Made by a program: the position numbers and the translations under genes
The notes under the pieces: model-generated
The model's database searches: none
What the model was told of the DNA's origin: nothing
Seen by the model: the letters and a program-made list of their open reading frames with translations, nothing else
Source: Naegleria gruberi
Taxonomy: Eukaryota
Strand: one strand, 5' to 3'
Length of the DNA: 64,000 nt
Assembly: GCA_000004985.1 (NCBI GenBank)
Contig: GG738861.1
In this document: positions 42,556 to 51,573 of the stretch, piece by piece
Position numbering within the stretch: position 1 is the stretch's first letter
Layout of the letters: every line of letters begins with the position of its first letter

Positions 42556-45500
42556 ATGTCTCAAAATCCTCTTCTTTCTGCTCCGATGAAGAAGGAAAAT
42601 CAAAGTGATTTAAATTCGTTGAAGAGTTGTAATTTAATATTGTTGATTGGGAGAAGATGTTCGAATAAGACACTTTGTTATCAGAGGAATTTTTCAGCGA
42701 GCCATGAGAGGATTTCTCTCGAGGAGTGGAAGAAGGATAATTTATCTATTCATGCTACATTTAAAAAGATTATTAAAAAGTTGGAAAAGGTATAGTATTT
42801 GTGGCGGAATTCTATTAGAAAGTTTAAAGAAAAACGTAGTTATTGATGACACTAATTTGGTGAAAGAAACTAGGAAATCTCTAATTGACAAAATCAAACA
42901 AAGTATTCCTTCATGCACAGTTGGGGCACTCTACTTTAATTGTGAAAATCCAAAATTATTAGAGTTTCAATTTTACATGAATCAAACAATGAGCTTTTTT
43001 GTGGATAGATATTGCTCAAATTCATCTTCTATTCCTCTAACTCTTACTACTGATGGACCATTTCAAACATCAAACATTTTGGATGATGAGAAGAAATCAA
43101 TAGTACCAACTAAGGATGAAGGGTTTGATACAATTATTGAACAACCTGTAAAATTAACTATACTGAACAGGGATAGAATTGAATTTAATCATCAGGGACT
43201 AATTGTGGATGGGTTAATATTTGTTCATTCAATGCTCGTCGATTCGGATACAGATTCTGGACCTCTGTCCCATGTTCATTGGATTTTTACTCAATGGATG
43301 AAAATCAAACCTAACGGTAGAATAATTGTAATTCTTATCGAGAAAGACTTTGATAGGCTGTGTGATTCCCTCAAATCTAAGAAAACATTCGAACAATTTC
43401 AAACCTGGTTATCAAAGACATGTTGTAAATACTTTCCATTCCCAATTTATACTGTACAGATTAGTAACTCTAATTTCTCTCAACTCAAAAGAGATGAAAC
43501 ACTATTATTTTCTACCTTATTTTACTATCAATCACTGGCTGCTTCGGAATCACTAGTTCTGACCTCTCCATTTATATCACAAAGTTTAGCCCAACTCAGT
43601 GGTGCCAATACAACTGCCTCCACAAGACACAAGAAATTTTTCAAGCAAGAATGTAACCTAGATGATTCGTGTATTTACTTTAACAGCGATTTGTACTTTA
43701 AAATGTCTAAAATAGGACTTTTGCTGTTGGATTTTTCAAGTATTTCAGAAATATCAATAGCAGAAATTAACAGCATTCAAATGGAACAAAAATTTGCACT
43801 TTGTCAATTAGATTATAGAACTAATCAGCCATCCTATTTTAAACAAATTGAATTTGTTCAACTTAACGATTGGAAACCAGATGGTAAATCTATTTCAAAA
43901 TTTATAGGAAGATTTCCACTTGTTCAAGAATTAACTGTAAATCACACAAATAATTTCAGTATTGGTATTTTTAAGGATATTCAAAAGAAGGAAATCAAAT
44001 CAATACTCTTTGGCGTCATATTAGACACTCACCATATCAAACAATTCTCTTCTCAAAATGATTTCAACAACTTTGTACAATACTATGAACGAATTAATGA
44101 GTATAGTGTATCTAATCAAATGAACAACGCAATAGAAACCATGAATAATGAAAGAAAGAGATTTTCACCAAAGCAAACTTCTAGGTTATCAAAGGGTCTT
44201 GAGGTTGGAACTAATAGCCCAAGCTCTTCGAAATCTCAAGCTTCTGCTCCTGTAACAACGTCTGATGGAAAAACCTCAGATATTTATCAATTTCCGGTAA
44301 CAGATATGAGTATTTCTTCAATTTGTGACTACTTTGGATTACTGACATTCCAGAAAGGAAGGGACATGGAAACCCAAATTTATGATGTAATGGTAAAACT
44401 CATTCCAGAAAAACCAAATCATTTTAAATTATATGCCAAGTGTTCCAGCGCAACTGAGAAGGATACTTTTTACAGAGAGGAGATCCTTATGAAACAAGGT
44501 AAAATTGTTAAAGGAATTTGTACATGCCCTATTGGAAGCCAAGGAAAATGTAAACATGTTTGTGCCAGTATATTATCCTATGTGTCCATTATTTCTAACA
44601 GGAATATGGGAAATGAGCAGAAAATTGAGGAAAAGGAAAAGATTCTAAAATCTGGATCACTTGGCTCTCAATCAGAAAGTCAACTCAGTGAATCCAAAGT
44701 CATATCCCAAGATCCTCCACCAGTCTCATTTGCTGTAAAGCCAGAATCATCTGTAGAGCCATCTCAAGAACCAAAAAAGAAGAAAACTCTACCAAGTTGG
44801 ATGGGTGGCTCAAAAGAAAAGCCACAAAAGTCTTCCTCCACCAAGTCTGATTCAAAATCGGATCTCAAAAAACCAAAAACTAGTTTCTTTTTGTATTGTG
44901 ATGAGTATAGAGATGCAGTTAAGGAAGAGTTGGGAGGAAAGGTTGCTGCTTCTGAAGTGGCAAAAGAATTAGGAGCCAGGTGGAAGCAATTATCAGAAGA
45001 GGAAAAACAAGTTTATGTTGACAAGCACAAGGAATTAGCCAATGAATACGCCGAGAAGAAGAAGGAAATTAAATCCAAAAACAAAACAGATTCAGAGTCT
45101 ACGAGCACGAATGAAAAACCAAAAACAAACAAAAAGAAAGTGAAAAAGGAATCTGTGGATAATGATCCAATAGAAGAGAGTGATGAAGAGGAAGACGAAT
45201 CATTTGGAAATATATTCTTCTCAAAACAAAAACAAAAATCCTCTGAAGCCAAGCAAGAATCCAAGGATAGCTCCATAAGGCCAATTCCAGAAATGTCACC
45301 AGAGAATGTCACCAAATCAAAACCACAACCTGCAACAATTGTGAAGAAGGAACAACGCAGTGATGACGAAGATGAAGCATTTGGAAATATTTTCTTTTCA
45401 AAACCGTCATCTAAACCTTCAGTTGTCACAACCAGTGAAAAACCAGTTCTCAATTCTGTACCTAGTGTCATCATAAAGCAAGAACCTCAGAGCCCTAAAA

Positions 45501-46264
45501 AGAGAAAGCTCCCCAGTCCTGTTAAGCCAACAGTTCAGAAACAAAATGAAGAGGATGAATCCTCTGATGAGGATGTTGGCAGTATATTCTTTGCAACATC
45601 AAAGAAAAAGAAACCAAATAACTTGGAAGAAACTAATGTAAAACCTGTTAAACCTGTTTTGCAAAGTAATACAGTTGAAGAGAGAAAACCTATCCATGAA
45701 ACAAAACAAGCAATGGATGAAAGCGATGATGAAGATGCAAGCAGCATTTTCTTTTCCTCCTCTAAAAAGAAACCAAATGTCGAAACGAAGAAAGAACAGT
45801 TAATTACGCCCATTAGCTCAACAACAGAAAAAAAAGATTCAAATCTGGGTAAAGATCGAATGGAAGAAAGTGATGATGACGAAGAAGGTGGTATTGCAAA
45901 TATCTTCTTCTCCAAGCAAACAAAGAAGAAACCATCCTCTCCAATTATTACAAAACAATCAACTGTTTCGAATACTAGTGCACTTTCGAGTAATATTTCT
46001 TCAACAAGTAAGCCAACACTAGCTCCAAACAATAAGAAAGATATGGATGAAACAGATGACGATGAGGAAGATGTTAGTTTTGCCAATATTTTCTTCTCCA
46101 AATCTACAAAGAAACAACCTCCTCCAGCTTCATCATCTACAAACTCATCTACTTCATCAGTTCCAAAACCTTCATCTTCCTCTCCATCCAAAACTAATAA
46201 TCAGGAGAAGAACACAAAGAAAGTGACATCCCTTAAAGCTATGATGGCAGAATTTGATTTTTAA
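42556..46264 (+). CDS. Multidomain protein: PNK/AAA_33-like P-loop kinase domain, SWIM zinc finger, HMG box and six tandem acidic 'FGNIFFSK' FF motifs. Two exons: 42556..42789 and 42830..46264; the 40-nt intron is 42790..42829
   Basis: Exon 1: MSQNPLL...CNLILLIGRRCSNKT (atypical Walker A, G-x5-KT). GTATAG donor at 42790 and TTTAAAG acceptor; the phase-0 splice gives ...KNVVIDDTNLVKETRKSLIDKI, a PNK-family DxTN signature. SWIM: CTCPIGSQGKCKHVCASIL (CxCxnCxH). HMG box: KKPKTSFFLYCDEYRDAVKEELGGKVAASEVAKELGARWKQLSEEEKQVYVDKHKELANEYAEKKKE. Six repeats of [D/E-rich]-(F/A)GNIFFSK-[K-rich] between about 45170 and 46125. Confidence 0.75.
45170..46125 (+). repeat. Six-copy intragenic tandem repeat, about 160-200 nt period, each with an acidic tract followed by xGNIFF(S/A)K and a lysine-rich tract
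   Basis: SDEEEDESFGNIFFSKQKQK; SDDEDEAFGNIFFSKPSSK; SSDEDVGSIFFATSKKKK; SDDEDASSIFFSSSKKK; SDDDEEGGIANIFFSKQTKKK; TDDDEEDVSFANIFFSKSTKK. The cores are also similar at the nucleotide level (tttggaaatat[at]ttctt[ct]tcaaaa). Confidence 0.85.
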
Positions 46265-46365
46265 AAGATTTAAAAAAACAGCCTTAACAAGCCTTGTTGC
46301 GAATAACTTTTTCAAAAAAATAAACAGCTTCTACAGTGAGAGGGAATCCTTAGATTGACTAAAAG

Positions 46366-47217
46366 ATGATTGGTTGTAAGATTAATGATCCGAGTTTGAT
46401 TTCCAAAGTAATAGAATTGATGAGTCACTTTACAGATTTGGTCAACTTTGAAGTATCCTCCTCAAGTCTATTCATTCATGCTGTGGATAATTATAAGGTT
46501 GTTCTCTTTGAATTTAGATTATTGGAAAATCAAGCCTTCGTATTTGTTAATCAGGATCAAACTAGAAGAATTAAACTACCCAACTTTGAGAAGCACTATG
46601 GAATTAATTTGAAAATATTTTCCCAAGTAACAAAAGGCTTGAAATCCGATGATAGTTTGTATATTCAATTTCCATCCAATGACGAAGCCTCAGACATACT
46701 ACTCCACATCAAGAAGAAGAATCCACTCAGAAAGTTTACCTATCAACTCTCACAATTCGAAATATGTGATAATGAAAGTTATGAAATTAATGATTTTGAC
46801 CAACAAGCAAGAGTGGAAATATTAATGAATACTCAAAACTTTTCTCAAATGATTCAAGACTTGCACCACTTGAATGGTAATCGATTCAGATTAGAAGTAG
46901 AGAAGAGGGATGATTTTGTACTAACTCTCAAAACTTGGAATGAATTCATCAAGGCAAGTATTGATATTTCCAATGGTGAAGAAAATGTTTCCATTAGTAT
47001 AAGTGAGAGGGAAGAAGAATTTGTTAATATTGGTAATGAATATCCATTCAAAATACTATCAGTTATTTCTCGTGCAAGTAAGATTTCAGATCAGGTATTG
47101 TTTCAAGTTTGTGAGAATGGTCCTCTTGGAATATTATATGGATTAGAGGGAGGTAGTTTCCAATTCTTTGTGGCTCCATTCATTCCAAATGATGATTCCG
47201 AAGATGTTGATGATTAA
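46366..47217 (+). CDS. Highly divergent PCNA-like sliding-clamp paralog (283 aa)
   Basis: Collinear with PCNA end to end but with low identity: [43 protein letters not shown] ~ [69 protein letters not shown] ~ [25 protein letters not shown]; C-terminus [21 protein letters not shown] ~ GHLKYYLAPKIEDEEGS. ATG at 46366, about 100 nt downstream of the HMG/SWIM gene on the same strand. Confidence 0.8.
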   Translation: [283 protein letters not shown]

Positions 47218-47309
47218 AATAATTATTCCAATTTATAATAATAAAGAAATTTATCCAATAATTTATATTCTTATTCTTTTGTTCTTCTCCTTTTCTTCTT
47301 GAGCTTCCT

Positions 47310-48020
47310 TCAGTATTGATCTACCTCAGTATCAGGAAGGACTGTATAAACAACTTCTCCAGATTGGTCTTTGGTGAAAGTAATAAACTCTAGTTTTTCA
47401 CTTGATAAACTAGTACTATCCATTGTCTTTGTCATGACCTTGACAGCCAACTTTTTAGCAGCACCAATCTTCAAATCCTCCTTCCATTCTTGTTTCAAGA
47501 TTGATTGAGCAGCTTGATTATTAGCTCCGATTGCTGTAGCTTTCCATCCACCATAATTTCCTGAAGGATCAGAATGATACAATTGATATCCATATTGTTT
47601 ATCCCAACCAGCATACAAGAAACTGACGCCAAATGGTCTCATACCACCAAATTGTGTGTAACTTTGCTTTGAATCACAGAGAGTTTTTACAAGTTGTTCT
47701 ACTGGTATTGGTTCTTGATACATGAATTGATAACGTTGAGCGTGGAGACGAGCAGAGTTAATCAAAATGTTGGCATCAGCTGTAATACCAGCAACAGCAC
47801 ATCCAATATGTTTATCTAATTTGTACATCTTTTCTGTTTTCTTTTCATTATCGAGAAGCTTGGAAGTAATTTTCTTTTCAGCAGCTAATACAATACCATC
47901 GGTGGCAATAATACCGAGAGCAGCACCAGCATGGCTGATAGCTTCCATAGCATATTCGACTTGATACAATCGTCCTTCAGGTGAAAATGTTGTAGTTCTA
48001 TTGTCGTATCTTCTACTCAT
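47310..48020 (-). CDS. PSMA4: 20S proteasome alpha subunit type-4 (alpha3 / PSMA4 / Pre9 orthologue)
   Basis: [50 protein letters not shown] is near-identical to human PSMA4 [50 protein letters not shown]. Collinear throughout, including [14 protein letters not shown]. Confidence 0.95.
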   Translation of the reverse strand: MSRRYDNRTTTFSPEGRLYQVEYAMEAISHAGAALGIIATDGIVLAAEKKITSKLLDNEKKTEKMYKLDKHIGCAVAGITADANILINSARLHAQRYQFMYQEPIPVEQLVKTLCDSKQSYTQFGGMRPFGVSFLYAGWDKQYGYQLYHSDPSGNYGGWKATAIGANNQAAQSILKQEWKEDLKIGAAKKLAVKVMTKTMDSTSLSSEKLEFITFTKDQSGEVVYTVLPDTEVDQY

Positions 48021-48379
48021 TTTTTATAATGTTTATTACTTCCCTCAATCCAAAAATAACTTGAGAAATCCGCAGCATTTGGCTTGAAGTTTTTGATCAT
48101 CACAAAAATTTAATTTAAAATTATTGATGAAAATACAAAGCTGTGATCCGATGACAAGAAGAGGTTGTTAACAAACCAGATAATTGTTCTAGTTCTATTT
48201 GTTGAATAACAGGTGAATTCACAAAGATAATAACCTCTTTTTTAAGAGGATGATTAGAAAATGTAGAAAAGCTATTTTCAGAAAATTGCCTTACTTGAGT
48301 TGACTAAACAACGTGAGAAATTGTTTAAATATCAAATAGGCAAAAACAAGTTTAAATAACAAAAAAAACAATAATCAAG

Positions 48380-48586
48380 ATGGAAATCTCAAAGAAGGAA
48401 CGGAAAAAGTTTGGAACCACCATTAGTAAGCAACACAAGCCAAAAAAGACTAAAAAACAACAAGCAAATGTTTCAAATGTTTCCAATGTAAATCAAGATT
48501 TGGATCAGAATCAACAAAATGTATTCAGTGACAAACAAGCCAACTTTAATCCGTATGGTGTTGATAATTTGAGTCCAAACAAGTAG
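48380..48586 (+). CDS. Small lysine-rich protein (68 aa), hypothetical
   Basis: ATG preceded by an A-run. Basic N-terminus KKERKKFGTTISKQHKPKKTKKQQ. Sits between divergently and convergently arranged proteasome genes. Could be spurious. Confidence 0.3.
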   Translation: MEISKKERKKFGTTISKQHKPKKTKKQQANVSNVSNVNQDLDQNQQNVFSDKQANFNPYGVDNLSPNK

Positions 48587-48761
48587 ACATATTGTAAATA
48601 AATTCTCAGTTAGTGTTGAACAGCAAGGATTTGCTTTTTCTCTTTGATAATCCAAAATTCTTTAAAACCCAATTCATTAGATTGACATCTTTAAGAAGAA
48701 TTTGATATTTTTAAGATTGGGATAGTTACAATTTTTTTATATGATAATTTACAAAATGGAA

Positions 48762-49589
48762 TTATTCAGAGGTTTGCATTGCTGTGCTAATAGTTTCTTC
48801 AACAACCAACTTTGATTTCAATTCAAGAACCTTTTGGTTCAAAATAGCAGTCGTACCACGAGGAATAACATATTCACGACGATACTTTCTTCCAGAAGGT
48901 ACGTCATAACCACGAATATAGTTAGCTACACCTTCCTTATTAATGACACATAAATCTACATTTGAACCAGAACCCAAATCATTGTAAATACCAGCAGAAA
49001 TAGCCTTGTGAACAATAGCTTTAGCTTCTTCTTCAGACATATCATCCTTATATTCAGCTTCAAAAACTGACATGGCAGCCAATGATCCTGAACCCATAGT
49101 AACGAATGGTAATTTATCAGTAGAACCATGAGGATAGATTGTATAAAGAGAAGGTCCATTAACATCAACACCACCCAAAACCAAAGCAGCACTAACATGT
49201 CCTTGATATTTCCATAACATACGTTTAAACATTGTCATTGATGTATCAACACGTGATTGTTTACCTGTGGCATAACGATGGAGTTGTAATTTAGAACTGA
49301 TCAATGCAGTGGAATTTTCAGTATCGGCAGCAGTACCAGCACCACAACAATAAATGTTTGGAGCAATGTAGTGAATCTTTTCGCAATTCTTATCAGCGAC
49401 AATAGGACCTTCAGTAGCTCTTGTATCAGCTCCCAAAACAACACCATCCTTGTAAACTACACCACAAATTGTTGTACCAGTCTTGAGTACTTTTGGTGGT
49501 GTTACATTAAGATTTGATTGAAGATAAATGTTACGGGCAACATTATCAAATTCAAAGCCTCCAATTGTTGATGACATGTTTATATACAA
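48762..49589 (-). CDS. PSMB7: 20S proteasome beta subunit type-7 (beta2, trypsin-like; PSMB7/Pup1 orthologue)
   Basis: [11 protein letters not shown]...[56 protein letters not shown] ~ human PSMB7 [56 protein letters not shown]. Propeptide followed by the Thr1 (TTI) active-site N-terminus. The real start may be the internal Met (MSSTIGG, about 49577). Confidence 0.95.
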   Translation of the reverse strand: MYINMSSTIGGFEFDNVARNIYLQSNLNVTPPKVLKTGTTICGVVYKDGVVLGADTRATEGPIVADKNCEKIHYIAPNIYCCGAGTAADTENSTALISSKLQLHRYATGKQSRVDTSMTMFKRMLWKYQGHVSAALVLGGVDVNGPSLYTIYPHGSTDKLPFVTMGSGSLAAMSVFEAEYKDDMSEEEAKAIVHKAISAGIYNDLGSGSNVDLCVINKEGVANYIRGYDVPSGRKYRREYVIPRGTTAILNQKVLELKSKLVVEETISTAMQTSE

Positions 49590-49920
49590 AATATGATGAA
49601 TATTAAATTCCTGTCCTACAATATTTGATGAAAATTTCCTAACACAAGCAGGGTGTTTTCAGGTATTGAATATTTTTTTGATTAATTTTTCTTCAGAACA
49701 AAGGTTTTCCAGCGTTGAGAATGGAATGGTGTTTTATTTTTAGCATGATAGAATTACTTGAAGAAAATTGGAAACAAAATTTAATTGTTTTTGCTTGTGG
49801 TTACATATAGTGGCAAGCCTCAAAGTTTTTTAAATAATAAAAATCAATCTTCTTGTAATTTATCAGAGTTCTTTACAAACTTTTTGAAATTTTCAATTAA
49901 GATTTCAGTTTCTTCTCAAT

Positions 49921-51384
49921 ATGAAAAAATTAGTAATTAAAAAAATGCCCAAACAGCAGCTGGATGAAGAATACCTTCGGGATGAATATTCAATTTCATC
50001 TCTGGCTATGATTTGTCACTCTACGGATCATGGTTATTATTTTTCTGATTATCAATTCTCGCAGGCTTGCCATTCAATTTCTCATATGATTTGTCTAGTT
50101 CAGAAATCAAGTGTTGCTAGATTGTATAATTCTCCAGAGGTTTCAACGAGACTTGGAATTATCAAAGTAAATTCAATATGGAATGAACCTTATAATATTG
50201 GTAAGATGGAAAAGTTTGGAAATGATTTTCAATTTAAAAAGATAAGGTATCAATATGCTTATTCAACACCATTCGTTGAGGCTCATCCATCGACAAATAA
50301 TGGAACGAGAAAGGTCATTGATTTCTATTGTTTGAAGGATAGCTTTAAATTCATTATTGATTTGAATCAGGAAAATATTTTTTATTCGAGTTTGAATGTT
50401 GAAAAGATACCAAAATTGTTGAGAAGTGAAATATTTTCAAATTGGAATAGCGTTATTCCTCAGCATATTTTCCTTCACAAACCGAATGAAAATGAATTTA
50501 ACAAAATGTGTATGATTGTTCATAACGAACAGGATACAGTACTGAAACCACTTATCATTAGAGATGAAGGGTCTTTGGACGAATTGAGGAAATACGATGT
50601 TAGAATACAACCTCTTCCATTGGATTCAAACAACTATCCATTATATTGGAGTTTTTTAACAAGACTAGACTGTATTGATGAAAATTATCTGACCTATAGT
50701 TATCAAGATGAAAAAAATAAGAAGATTTGTCACATTATTAGAAAAATATCTATCCAATACGATGAAGATACCAAATTATACAGCGGAAAATTATCAAAAT
50801 CTCCCTTACTGGACTTTTTTAAATTTTTCACAGACAATTCTAACATTTCTGGATCTTGCAGATTGACGGATAGTTGTTTCCTCTTTATGCTTTGTAAAAA
50901 TGGACCTTATTGGCACAGTGTTAAATATAAGGATTGGGGGACATTCACTCAAAATGTGAAATGGATTCTAGTTGACCTGAAAAACTCAACAATCAAAAAT
51001 ATTGAACCCTACTCTGGAAATTTGAAGAGCTCACAACCAATTACTAAAGTGGGTACTCTAGTTGATGATGATGGATTTGAAACTACCATCAAGAAAAAGC
51101 ATATCACTCTCAGAAAGAGTAGCACTGAAGTACGAACTGAGGGTGCCGATTTCCTGCATGTTGATTTGGTGGCTTATCAGCCTTTTAAGGGATATCCAGA
51201 GTTGGTAAATGTGATTTGTACTATCCCAGCCTGTGAAACAAGAACTGCACATAGTCAACCAAGGAAGGAAAGTCTCCACACAGTCATCCAAGTTCACTAT
51301 TGCTTTAAAATTCATGATGAATTTAGACAATTATTCAAGGAAACTCCTAAATCTTACAGCGATATTTATTTGAGATTTTGTTAA
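49921..51384 (+). CDS. Hypothetical protein (487 aa), Cys/Tyr-containing, no recognisable domain
   Basis: Uninterrupted ORF from ATG at 49921 to TAA. Lies between two proteasome genes. No family signature recognised. Confidence 0.5.
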   Translation: MKKLVIKKMPKQQLDEEYLRDEYSISSLAMICHSTDHGYYFSDYQFSQACHSISHMICLVQKSSVARLYNSPEVSTRLGIIKVNSIWNEPYNIGKMEKFGNDFQFKKIRYQYAYSTPFVEAHPSTNNGTRKVIDFYCLKDSFKFIIDLNQENIFYSSLNVEKIPKLLRSEIFSNWNSVIPQHIFLHKPNENEFNKMCMIVHNEQDTVLKPLIIRDEGSLDELRKYDVRIQPLPLDSNNYPLYWSFLTRLDCIDENYLTYSYQDEKNKKICHIIRKISIQYDEDTKLYSGKLSKSPLLDFFKFFTDNSNISGSCRLTDSCFLFMLCKNGPYWHSVKYKDWGTFTQNVKWILVDLKNSTIKNIEPYSGNLKSSQPITKVGTLVDDDGFETTIKKKHITLRKSSTEVRTEGADFLHVDLVAYQPFKGYPELVNVICTIPACETRTAHSQPRKESLHTVIQVHYCFKIHDEFRQLFKETPKSYSDIYLRFC

Positions 51385-51573
51385 TCCTGAGATGTTTGGC
51401 TATTCATTTTAGAATCTTTTACTCCCAATTCTTAAATCACCCAAAAACAGCCCTTGCTCGTTCCACTAGTGTAAGCAAAAGCAGGGAAAATTGAAATCGT
51501 TTTACCAGACTTTTCCTGAATCTTGATTTTAATAAAATATGCAGGAGATATTACAGAGAAATTATTTTACAAT

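Noticed and set aside
45170-46125. Interpreting the FGNIFFSK repeats as canonical PIP boxes
   Set aside because: The PIP consensus Qxx[ILM]xx[FY][FY] requires two residues between the aliphatic and aromatic positions and usually a Gln. Here I-F-F are contiguous with no Gln. The RIR-type (FF) interpretation fits better and is itself only an inference.
45013-46191. Minus-strand ORFs of 153 and 218 aa (S/F/E-rich) antisense to the HMG/repeat gene
   Set aside because: Artefacts of the acidic/lysine low-complexity coding on the plus strand (GAA/GAT/AAG-rich antisense reads as S/F/L). No start context or homology.
46366-47217. Calling the clamp gene Rad9, Hus1 or Rad1 (9-1-1 subunit) rather than PCNA-like
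   Set aside because: Collinearity, length and especially the PCNA-type C-terminal tail (FFVAPxxxxDDSED versus YYLAPKIEDEE) favour a PCNA-derived paralog. 9-1-1 subunits lack this tail and differ in length. The call still needs a profile search.
49810-49817. PACE-like GTGGCAAG upstream of PSMB7 as a firm regulatory site
   Set aside because: A single 8-mer occurrence with only partial, oppositely oriented matches at the other two proteasome promoters. It is kept as a hint in the findings but is not supportable as an annotated feature.
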